Assembly (NCBI GenBank): GCA_900320465.1
Contig: ONSQ01000011.1
Location: 140 to 64,139 of the forward strand
Length of the DNA: 64,000 bases
Source of the DNA: an uncultured Eubacteriales bacterium
GTDB taxonomy: Bacteria > Bacillota > Clostridia > Oscillospirales > Oscillospiraceae
Reading direction: 5' to 3'
Shown: in pieces, positions 56,719 through 64,000 of the stretch
How the letters are laid out: every line of letters begins with the position of its first letter
How positions within the stretch are numbered: the first letter of the stretch is position 1
Made by a program: the position numbers and the translations under genes
The notes under the pieces: generated by a model
Seen by the model: the letters and a program-made list of their open reading frames with translations, nothing else
Databases searched by the model: none
Told to the model about the DNA's origin: nothing

Positions 56719-56758
56719 TTGCATTGTGGTTTCTCATGAGATAAACTAAACATTTAGT
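56719..56758 (+). promoter_or_regulatory. Candidate promoter with overlapping 6-2-6 palindrome upstream of the metal importer
   Basis: TTGCAT (56719-56724), a 17-nt spacer, then TAAACT (56742-56747). The palindrome ACTAAA-ca-TTTAGT (56745-56758) overlaps the -10. Confidence 0.45.
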
Positions 56759-56779
56759 GATACTTTTTTGGAGAGTTCC

Positions 56780-57745
56780 ATGAAAAATCGTTTCCTCATT
56801 CTTTTGATCTGTCTGACCGCGGGGCTGGCGATGACGCTGAGTGCGTGCGGCACACGCCCCCAGCCCTCGTACCGCGAGGCGGAAGGCGAAAACAAGCTTC
56901 GCGTGGTGACCACGCTGTTCCCGGCCTATGACTTTGTCAGAGAGCTGGGAAAGGATCGCTGCGAGATCACCCTGCTGGTGCCGCCAGGGGCCGAGGCCCA
57001 CAGCTTTGAGCCCACGGCGCAGGATCTGATCCGGATCGAAAACTGCGACGTGCTGGTGTGCAACGGCGGTGAATCGGAGGTCTGGCTGGAGACGCTTCTC
57101 TCCGGCACGACGGGCGACTTTGCGCTGGTGCGCATGCTCGACTGTGTGGAGGCGCTGGAGGAAGAGGAAAAAGAGGGCATGCAGGATACTCACGAGGAAG
57201 AGGACGGGGATGTGCCGGAATTTGACGAGCACGTCTGGACCTCACCCCGCAACGCCCGTATCATCTGCGAGGCCATCTGCCAGGCGCTGTGCGAGCGCGA
57301 CAGCGAGGGTGAGGCGCTGTATCGGGAAAACCTGGAGCGCTATGACGGCGAACTCGAGGCGCTGGACGCGGCCTTTCGACAGATCGTCGCGCAGGCGCAC
57401 AACCGCTGCCTGATCTTCGCCGACCGCTTCCCCGTACGATATTTCGTCGAGGAATACGGGCTTGACTATTTCGCGGCCTTTCCCGGCTGCGCGGACGACA
57501 CCGAGCCCTCTGCAAGAACCGTGGCGTTTCTGATCGACCGGGTGCGGGAAGAGGGGCTGGACGCCGTGCTGTATATCGAGTACTCCAACCAGAAAATGGC
57601 GGACGTGATCTGTGAGGATACAGGCTGCGAAAAGCTGCTGTTCCATTCCTGCCATACCGTGAGCGCCGACGATCTGGCGCGCGGAGCCACATACCTGTCC
57701 CTCATGTGGGACAACACAAAAAGCGTAAAGGAGGCGCTGGGCTGA
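56780..57745 (+). CDS. znuA: Metal (probably zinc) ABC transporter substrate-binding lipoprotein
   Basis: ATG at 56780 after GGAGAG. Lipobox LSAC, cluster-9 SBP sequence (LRVVTTLFPAYDFVRELG, DEHVWTSP) and an acidic/His loop EEEEKEGMQDTHEEEDGDVPEFDEH. Confidence 0.8.
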   Translation: MKNRFLILLICLTAGLAMTLSACGTRPQPSYREAEGENKLRVVTTLFPAYDFVRELGKDRCEITLLVPPGAEAHSFEPTAQDLIRIENCDVLVCNGGESEVWLETLLSGTTGDFALVRMLDCVEALEEEEKEGMQDTHEEEDGDVPEFDEHVWTSPRNARIICEAICQALCERDSEGEALYRENLERYDGELEALDAAFRQIVAQAHNRCLIFADRFPVRYFVEEYGLDYFAAFPGCADDTEPSARTVAFLIDRVREEGLDAVLYIEYSNQKMADVICEDTGCEKLLFHSCHTVSADDLARGATYLSLMWDNTKSVKEALG

Positions 57746-58452
57746 TGGCGATCCTGACATGTGAAAACGCATCCTTCTCCTACGATGGGAAAACCGTGCT
57801 GGAAAACGTCAGCTTTTCCATCAAGGCCGGCGATTACCTGTGCGTCGTGGGGGAGAACGGCTCGGGCAAGTCCACGCTCATCAAGGGACTGCTGTCCTTA
57901 AAGGCGCCTGCAGGAGGCAGGATCACCCTGGGAGACGGACTGAAGAAAAACGAAATAGGCTACCTGCCCCAGCAGACCGACATCCAGCGCGATTTCCCCG
58001 CCAGCGTGCGGGAAGTGGTGCTGTCCGGCTGCCTGAATTCCCTGGGCGGCAGACTGTTTTACAGCGCCGCGGATCGGGAACGGGCGGCGATGAATATGGA
58101 GCGCATGGGCATCGAGGAGCTCGCCGACGCCAATTACCAGGAGCTTTCCGGCGGCCAGCAGCAGCGCGTACTCCTGGCTCGCGCCCTGTGCGCCACCAGG
58201 AAGCTGCTGCTGCTCGACGAGCCCGTCACGGGGCTGGACCCGGTTGCGGCGGGGGAGATGTATAACCTCATCAAGCTGGTCAACCTCTGTGACAACATCT
58301 CCGTCATCATGGTCACCCACGATATCCACGAGGCGGTGCGCTATGCCACGCATATCCTCCATCTGGGACATAAGCAGCTGTTCTTCGGCACAGCGGGGGA
58401 GTACCGCCGCAGCGCCCTGGCAAGACGATTCCTGGGAGGCGGCGGACTATGA
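57745..58452 (+). CDS. znuC: Metal ABC transporter ATP-binding protein
   Basis: ATG at 57745 overlaps the SBP stop (ATGA). Walker [19 protein letters not shown], Walker B LLLLDEP. Confidence 0.9.
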   Translation: MAILTCENASFSYDGKTVLENVSFSIKAGDYLCVVGENGSGKSTLIKGLLSLKAPAGGRITLGDGLKKNEIGYLPQQTDIQRDFPASVREVVLSGCLNSLGGRLFYSAADRERAAMNMERMGIEELADANYQELSGGQQQRVLLARALCATRKLLLLDEPVTGLDPVAAGEMYNLIKLVNLCDNISVIMVTHDIHEAVRYATHILHLGHKQLFFGTAGEYRRSALARRFLGGGGL

Positions 58453-59258
58453 GCGGAGTCTTTTCCATGTTTGCCTATCACTTTGTCCAGCGGGCTATGC
58501 TGGTGGGCGTGCTGGTGAGCCTGTGCGCCGCGCTGCTGGGCGTATCGCTGGTGCTCAAGCGCTACTCCATGATCGGCGACGGGCTGTCCCATGTGGGCTT
58601 CGGCGCGCTGGCCATCGCCTCGGCCTTTCATCTGGCGCCGCTGTATGTGGCGGTTCCGGTGGTCGTGGCCGCGGCCGTGCTGCTGCTGCGCCTGAGAAAG
58701 AGCAGCCGCGTCAAGGGAGACGCCGCCATTGCCATCATCTCCTCCAGCGCGCTGGCTGTAGGCGTGATCGTCGTTTCCCTCACCAGTGGGATGAATACAG
58801 AGGTGTCCAGCTATATGTTCGGCAGCATCCTCTCGCTGAGCCGCGGAGACACCGTGCTGAGCGTGATCCTGTCGCTGGCGGTCCTCGCGCTGTATCTGCT
58901 GCTGTATCCGAGGCTTTTCGCTGTGACCTTTGATGAGAACTTCGCCCGCGCCACCGGTACGCGCGCGGACCTGTACAACACGCTGCTGGCTGTGCTGACG
59001 GCGGTGACGGTGGTGCTGGGCATGCGGATGATGGGCGCGCTGCTCATCTCCAGTCTGATCATCTTTCCCGCACTGGGGGCGATGCATCTGGCCAAGAGCT
59101 TTCGCGGCGTGATCGCCTGCGCGGCGATCCTGGCGGTGGTCTGCTTCGTGTTCGGGATGATGGCCTCATATGTGTTCGAGACCCCCAGCGGCGCCAGCAT
59201 CGTGGTGGCGGATCTGATCGCCTTTGCCTTCTGCTCGCTGGTGGGCAGAAAAAACTGA
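58449..59258 (+). CDS. znuB: Metal ABC transporter permease
   Basis: 269 aa, 4-nt overlap with the ATPase gene. ABC-3-family sequence (RYSMIGDGLSHVGFGALA, GALLISSLIIFPA). Confidence 0.9.
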   Translation: MSGVFSMFAYHFVQRAMLVGVLVSLCAALLGVSLVLKRYSMIGDGLSHVGFGALAIASAFHLAPLYVAVPVVVAAAVLLLRLRKSSRVKGDAAIAIISSSALAVGVIVVSLTSGMNTEVSSYMFGSILSLSRGDTVLSVILSLAVLALYLLLYPRLFAVTFDENFARATGTRADLYNTLLAVLTAVTVVLGMRMMGALLISSLIIFPALGAMHLAKSFRGVIACAAILAVVCFVFGMMASYVFETPSGASIVVADLIAFAFCSLVGRKN

Positions 59259-59270
59259 ACAAGATGCTTT

Positions 59271-59327
59271 TCATCAGTCGGCCTTTGGATGCGGGATCCG
59301 CATACATGAGGGCTGACTGATGATTTT
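59271..59327 (+). terminator. Long-stem hairpin with inner hairpin, followed by TTTT
   Basis: tcatcagtcggcc ... ggctgactgatga (13 bp, one G-U) encloses gcgg-gat-ccgc and is followed by ttttatg. Confidence 0.5.
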
Positions 59328-59413
59328 ATGCAAAAAACCGGTGAATATAGCCAAATATAATGAATAAATACATGGAAGAACAGAATAAAACAGAATATTT
59401 TTTCAGAAAAGTG

Positions 59414-59442
59414 TTGACAAGCGCGGGAGCTTGTGCTATTCT
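59414..59442 (+). promoter_or_regulatory. Candidate promoter of the amino-acid ABC operon
   Basis: TTGACA (59414-59419), a 17-nt spacer, then TGcTATTCT (extended -10). Confidence 0.55.
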
Positions 59443-59496
59443 CACAAACGTCAAATACATTTCTTATGGCTTCTGACGAAAGTGAGGGTAATAAAG

Positions 59497-60392
59497 ATGA
59501 AAAAGATGAAGAAGTTTTTGTGCATGCTGCTGTGCCTGGCTATGGTAATGGCTCTGGCGGCCTGCGGCGGCAACCCCGAGGCCAAGCTGAGCGCGGCCTA
59601 TGACAAGTATCTGGCCGGCTTCAGTTCCTCCGGCGCCAACGGCACGCTGACCGTCGCCCTGTCGCCCGACTTCGCTCCCATGGAGTTCTACGACGTGGCC
59701 AAGAACGGCGACGCCGCCATCGTCGGCTTTGACGTGCTACTGGCCAACTACCTGGCCCAGGAGCTCGACATGACGCTTGTTTTGAAGCCCATGTCCTTTG
59801 ACGCCTGCCAGGCCGCGGTGCAGACCGGCAACGTGGATATCGCGATCTCCGGCTTCTCCTGGACATATGAACGCTCGCAGAACTATGAGCTCTCCGACTG
59901 GTATGTCGCCGGCGACAACGAAACCGAGCAGTCCATCATCTGCCTGAAGGAGAACGAGGGCAAGTTCACCAAGCCGGAGGACTTCGTCGGCTGCAAGATC
60001 GGCTACCAGGGCGCTTCGCTCCCTTCGGCGATCTGGACGTGGACATCAGCAACGTATACGTTGATCTGGGCACCGCCGTTGAGGCGCTGAAGGCCAAGCA
60101 GATCGACTTCCTGGCCGTGGCCCACGGCAACGGCGATTCCATCATCGCCAGCGCCGGCGACACCATCGCTTTCACCGGCTTTGACTTCGAGGTCGACGAG
60201 ATCTATAAAAACAACGTCTGCCTGCTCCAGAAGGGCAACACCGAGCTGCTGGAGAAGGTCAATACCGCGCTGGCCAAGGCTCTGGAGAACGATTACTACT
60301 CCGGCTGGTACGACGCCTGCAAGGTTTACGCCGGTATCTCCACGCTCGACGAGCTGGGCTTTGACGACGAGGGCAACAAGATCACCGAGTAA
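59497..60392 (+). pseudogene. Amino-acid ABC transporter substrate-binding lipoprotein, interrupted by a frameshift near 60019-60024
   Basis: The N part (frame 1) has MKKMKKFLCMLLCLAMVMALAACGG and family-3 SBP sequence up to KIGYQGASL. The C part continues only in another frame (FGDLDVDISNVYVDLGTAVEALKAKQIDFLAV...). The two frames overlap at a ctccc run. Confidence 0.7.
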
Positions 60393-60428
60393 GACGCACT
60401 GCTATTTCGCACAGGAGAGTAGTTTTCC

Positions 60429-61106
60429 ATGACATTTATCACGAACATCGCCAATATACTGGCTAAATACTGGAAAGTGTTCCTGCTGCAGGGCATCGGG
60501 TACACGCTGCTGCTGTCGCTGATCGCGGTGGCGGGGGGCGCCTTCTTCGGCTCGCTGCTGGCACTGGCCAAGCGGTCAAAGCTGAAGATCCTCAAGATCC
60601 TTGTGGGGATCATCGTGGAGGTCGTCAGAGGAACGCCTGTTCTGCTGCAGCTGTATATCGGCGTGTTCGTGTTCCCCATGATCATTCCCAAGCTGTCCTC
60701 GATGCCGTATATCTATTCGGTGTCGATCGTGCTGATCATCAACTCCAGCGCCTATGTGTCCGAGATCATCCGCTCCGGCATCGAGGCGGTGGACGTGGGA
60801 CAGATGGAGGCGGCCCGTTCACTGGGCCTGACCCACAGCACGGCGATGATCAATATCATCCTGCCCCAGGCGGTGAAGAACATCCTGCCGGCGCTGGGCA
60901 ATGAGTTCATCATGGTCGTCAAGGAGACCTCCCTGGCCTCCACCTTCTTTGTGGGCGAACTGATGACGGCGTATCTCAAGGTTAAAGGATATACATATCT
61001 GACCATGGAATGTCTCGCGATCGTCGGTGTTCTGTACTTCGCACTGACCTATATCCTTTCCAAGATCCTCAAATCATTGGAGCGGAGGATGAAGGCTCAT
61101 GCTTGA
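60429..61106 (+). CDS. Amino-acid ABC transporter permease (HisM/GlnP type)
   Basis: 225 aa. [13 protein letters not shown] and [26 protein letters not shown] (EAA loop). Confidence 0.9.
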   Translation: MTFITNIANILAKYWKVFLLQGIGYTLLLSLIAVAGGAFFGSLLALAKRSKLKILKILVGIIVEVVRGTPVLLQLYIGVFVFPMIIPKLSSMPYIYSVSIVLIINSSAYVSEIIRSGIEAVDVGQMEAARSLGLTHSTAMINIILPQAVKNILPALGNEFIMVVKETSLASTFFVGELMTAYLKVKGYTYLTMECLAIVGVLYFALTYILSKILKSLERRMKAHA

Positions 61107-62061
61107 TATCAAGAACATCTATAAGAACTTCGGAGATCTCCAGGTGCTCAAGGGCGTTTCCACCCACGTGGAAAAGGGCGAGGTCATCGTGATCATCGGC
61201 GTGTCCGGCTCGGGTAAGTCCACGCTGCTGCGGTGCATGAATCTGCTGGAGGAGCCCACTTACGGCGAGGTGTGGATGGAGGACCGGCTGATGACGCCGC
61301 CCGACCCGTATCTGCATTTCGAAGTGATCCGCGCCTCGAAGACCTATAAAAAGCTGATCGAGAGCGGACTGAGCGACGACGAGGCAATCAAAAAGATCAA
61401 GGACGAAGATCTGCTGAAGGAAAAGCACCCCAGGACCGAGGGACCGGAGTATGCCGCGGCGCTGAAGAAGATCTATGACGATTACGGGATCGACATCAAT
61501 CTGGGGCGGCAGAAAATGGGCATGGTGTTCCAGAACTTCAACCTGTTCAACAACAAGACGGTGCTGGAAAACATCACGCTGGCCCCCATCAAGATCGGCA
61601 AGCAGCGGCTGAAGGACGCGAAAAAGCGCGGCGAAACGCCGGAGAAAACCAAGGACGATATCGTGAAGGAAGCCAATGACAAGGCGATGAAGCTGCTGGA
61701 GCGGATCGGACTGAAGGACAAGGCGAACGTGTACCCGTCCACGCTGTCGGGCGGACAGAAGCAGCGCGTGGCCATCGTCAGAGCCCTGGCCATGGAGCCG
61801 GACGTGATGCTCTTTGACGAGCCGACCTCGGCGCTGGACCCGGAAATGGTGGGCGAGGTGCTGGATCTGATCCGCGATCTGGTGAAGGACGGCATGACCT
61901 CCGTCATCGTTACACACGAGATGGGCTTTGCCAAGGAAGTGGCCGACCGGGTCATCTTTATGCACGACGGCGTGATCGCCGAGGAGGGTACCCCCGACGA
62001 GGTGTTCAACCACCCGAAGAACGCCAGGTGCAAGGAGTTCCTGAGCAAGATTTTGTACTGA
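61099..62061 (+). CDS. Amino-acid ABC transporter ATP-binding protein (GlnQ type) with two insertions
   Basis: 320 aa. Walker [15 protein letters not shown]-loop [26 protein letters not shown], Walker [13 protein letters not shown]. About 65 extra aa lie between Walker A and the Q-loop, and about 18 before the signature. Confidence 0.9.
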   Translation: MLDIKNIYKNFGDLQVLKGVSTHVEKGEVIVIIGVSGSGKSTLLRCMNLLEEPTYGEVWMEDRLMTPPDPYLHFEVIRASKTYKKLIESGLSDDEAIKKIKDEDLLKEKHPRTEGPEYAAALKKIYDDYGIDINLGRQKMGMVFQNFNLFNNKTVLENITLAPIKIGKQRLKDAKKRGETPEKTKDDIVKEANDKAMKLLERIGLKDKANVYPSTLSGGQKQRVAIVRALAMEPDVMLFDEPTSALDPEMVGEVLDLIRDLVKDGMTSVIVTHEMGFAKEVADRVIFMHDGVIAEEGTPDEVFNHPKNARCKEFLSKILY

Positions 62062-62095
62062 ATCATTTTGAATGAGAGAAAATGAAAAAGAGGCA

Positions 62096-62131
62096 AAAAC
62101 GGGAACTATGCAATAGTTTCCGTTTTTGTTT
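62096..62131 (+). terminator. Rho-independent terminator of the amino-acid ABC operon
   Basis: aaacgggaactat-gca-atagtttccgttt (one G-U) followed by tttgttt. Confidence 0.75.
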
Positions 62132-62153
62132 GAGCAGACCGGAGGAAAGAGAC

Positions 62154-63593
62154 ATGAAGGCGGAGAAAAAAGCGGCGCTGGCGTATATCGATCAGGAGGC
62201 CGCGGTTTTTGAAGACGTGGCGGACAGAATCTGGGACAACCCGGAGCTGTCTTTGAAGGAATACAAATCGGCGGCGCTGTATATCGAAACGCTCAAAAAG
62301 CTGGGCTTCACGGTGACGGAAAAGCTCTGCGGCATCGACACGGCCTTTTGCGGCAGCTTTGGACAAGGCGGGCCGGTTATCGGTATCCTGGGCGAGTTCG
62401 ACGCGCTGTCGGGGCTGAGCCAGGCATCCGGCGAGATCGAGCCCAACGCCCTGGTGAGCGGCGGCGCGGGACACGGCTGCGGACATAACCTGCTGGGGGC
62501 CGGCTCGCTGGCTGCTGCGGCGGCTGTGAAGCACTATCTTGAAGAGACCGGAAAGAGCGGCACGGTGATCTTTTATGGCTGTCCCGGAGAAGAGGGCGGC
62601 AGCGGCAAGGCCTATATGGCCCGTGAGGGGCTGTGGAAGCAGCTGGACGCTGCGATCAGCTGGCACCCCAGCGATGTGAACCAGGTGGAGACGGGAACGA
62701 ACAACTCCTGCATTCAGGTGCTCTATAAGTTTTCCGGCGTGGCGGCCCACGCGGCGGGCGACCCCTATAACGGCCGCAGCGCGCTGGACGCGGTGGAGCT
62801 GATGAACATCGGCGTACAGTTCCTGCGGGAGCACATGACAGACGACTGCCGCATCCACTATGCCATCACGGACGCGGGCGGCGTGTCGCCCAATGTGGTG
62901 CAGGCCAAAGCCTCGGTTTTATACATGGTGCGCGCCAACAAGGTGGCCGACAGTGTGGCGCTGCAGAAGCGGGTGGACGACATCGCCCAGGGGGCCGCGC
63001 TGATGACCGGCACCAGCTTTGAGAGGGTATTTATCGACGGGACCGCGGAGCTGCTGCCTAACTACACGCTGGAGGACGTGCTGTACCGCAATATGAGCGA
63101 GATCGGCGTGCCGGCGTACAGCGACGAGGACAGAGCTTTTGCCGCCAGACTGAAGGAGAGCTTTCCGCAGGACAAGACGCCTCCCGGTATGGGAGCAAGG
63201 GCGGACGCGGAGATCGCGGCGAAGGTGAGCGCCCTGACGGAGAACGGCACGAGGCCGATCAACGATTTTCTCATGCCGCTGTATCACGGGACGATTTTCA
63301 GCCCCGGCAGCACCGACGTTGGGGATGTGAGCTGGCTGACGCCCACGGCGCAGATCAACACAGCCACCTGGCCCTCCGGCATCCCCGGGCACAGCTGGCA
63401 GGTGGTGGCCTGCGGCAAGAGCGGTATGGCCCGGAAGGCCATGCGCTACGCGGCCAAGGCCATGGCCGGGGCAGTCATTGATCTTTTGGAGGACGAGGCG
63501 CTTTTGGAGAAGGCCAAGGCAGAGTTCAACGTAAAAGCGGCGTCCGGTTACGTGTGCCCCATCGAAGAGGGCGCGGTGCCCATCGCACTGTGA
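62154..63593 (+). CDS. M20-family amidohydrolase (AbgB/aminobenzoyl-glutamate hydrolase B-like)
   Basis: ATG at 62154, 7 nt after GGAGGA; the tracked start at 62082 lies inside the terminator. PELSLKEYKSA, GHGCGHNLLGAGS and FYGCPGEEGGSGK. Confidence 0.8.
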   Translation: MKAEKKAALAYIDQEAAVFEDVADRIWDNPELSLKEYKSAALYIETLKKLGFTVTEKLCGIDTAFCGSFGQGGPVIGILGEFDALSGLSQASGEIEPNALVSGGAGHGCGHNLLGAGSLAAAAAVKHYLEETGKSGTVIFYGCPGEEGGSGKAYMAREGLWKQLDAAISWHPSDVNQVETGTNNSCIQVLYKFSGVAAHAAGDPYNGRSALDAVELMNIGVQFLREHMTDDCRIHYAITDAGGVSPNVVQAKASVLYMVRANKVADSVALQKRVDDIAQGAALMTGTSFERVFIDGTAELLPNYTLEDVLYRNMSEIGVPAYSDEDRAFAARLKESFPQDKTPPGMGARADAEIAAKVSALTENGTRPINDFLMPLYHGTIFSPGSTDVGDVSWLTPTAQINTATWPSGIPGHSWQVVACGKSGMARKAMRYAAKAMAGAVIDLLEDEALLEKAKAEFNVKAASGYVCPIEEGAVPIAL

Positions 63594-63648
63594 CAGAGAT
63601 AAGCAGGCGGCGCGGCCAGAATCCGGGTCCCTGCGATAAGAAACGACG

Positions 63649-63709
63649 CAGAAATCTCCGGAGAGTTCGGGCAGGAGTTCGAATTCGCCGGAGATTTCTG
63701 TTGTTTTTC
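63649..63709 (+). terminator. Hairpin terminator after the amidohydrolase gene
   Basis: cagaaatctccgg ... ccggagatttctg (13 bp, 26-nt loop) followed by ttgttttt. Confidence 0.6.
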
Positions 63710-63720
63710 ATTATCCTGCC

Positions 63721-63862
63721 GGGACGTCCGGGGGCCGTCCCCTACGGGCGGAGACGGGGAAGAGCGGAGGTACAAGGGCGGGCGCTTCGTGAAGCGCCCC
63801 TACGGGCAAAGACGGTGATAGTGGAGGCACAAGGGTTAGCACTCAAAAATAAAGAGTGCTAG
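63721..63862. repeat. Tandem structured repeat: hairpin, 40-nt core, hairpin, 39-nt core, hairpin
   Basis: Cores at 63739-63778 and 63797-63835 are CCCCTACGGGC-nn-AGACGG..GGAGG.ACAAGGG, roughly 80% identical with a 58-nt period. Flanking hairpins: gggacg/cgtccc, gggcgcttc/gaagcgccc, tagcactc/gagtgcta. Confidence 0.6.
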
Positions 63863-63985
63863 CGTTAACAGTTTGTTCATAATATAGCGTATATTTGTTC
63901 AAAAATGTTTGGTATTTTATATACACAAAGAAACGAGAGACGTGAAAAGCCTCTCGAAAATGAAAAACAATAGGAGGTATTCATC

Positions 63986-64000
63986 ATGTTTGAAATCATT
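63986..64000 (+). CDS. First five codons of an unidentified gene (MFEII...), cut by the window edge
   Basis: ATG 8 nt after TAGGAGG. An AT-rich upstream region holds a possible TTGTTC-17-TATATA promoter (63895-63923). Too short to identify. Confidence 0.3.

Noticed and set aside
63739-63835. Possible miniature CRISPR array
   Set aside because: There are only two imperfect (~80% identical) repeat copies, the 'spacer' is a self-complementary hairpin, and no cas genes are in the window. It is reported instead as an unexplained structured repeat.

Overview
Visibly GC-rich chromosomal segment with Firmicutes/Clostridia-type synteny; an Oscillospiraceae-like origin is only an inference. About 58 protein genes are packed tightly, and long antisense 'shadow' ORFs are common. 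Left to right: (1) a carbohydrate-type ABC importer (SBP cut by the window edge, two permeases) joined to an HlyD-type adaptor and a MacB-periplasmic-domain protein. (2) A long co-directional housekeeping array: trmH-like, dprA, topA, trmFO, plsX, rnc, radical-SAM, smc, ftsY, yhbY, nadD-yqeK fusion, rsfS, leuS, rpsU. (3) On the minus strand, a class B sortase and a 1101-aa repeat-rich surface protein. (4) A serine-palmitoyltransferase-like alpha-oxoamine synthase plus an SDR. (5) A minus-strand tRNA cluster (Cys, Gly, Phe) whose promoter-proximal member is a 3'-truncated tRNA-Val. (6) hslO, a methyltransferase, yerC-like, nfeD/SPFH, a hexokinase-family gene, nrdR, DUF4363/DUF421, nagB-like, rluA-like, a Na/Pi cotransporter and dus. 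(7) A coiled-coil membrane protein and a TagGH-type glycopolymer export locus (GT, ABC, wecB, galE, nucleotidyltransferase). (8) recJ-relA-dtd-MBL and a LOG-family gene. (9) A znuACB-like metal importer, an amino-acid ABC importer with a frameshifted SBP gene, and an M20 amidohydrolase. I recognised no transposase, integrase, CRISPR array or known defence gene. The most unusual items are the SPT-like/SDR cassette, the sortase B/repeat-protein locus with a non-LPXTG tail, the truncated tRNA-Val, the importer/adaptor hybrid operon, a helically phased GCCG array, and a tandem structured repeat near the right edge. All functional calls rest on motif recognition from memory; no searches were run.
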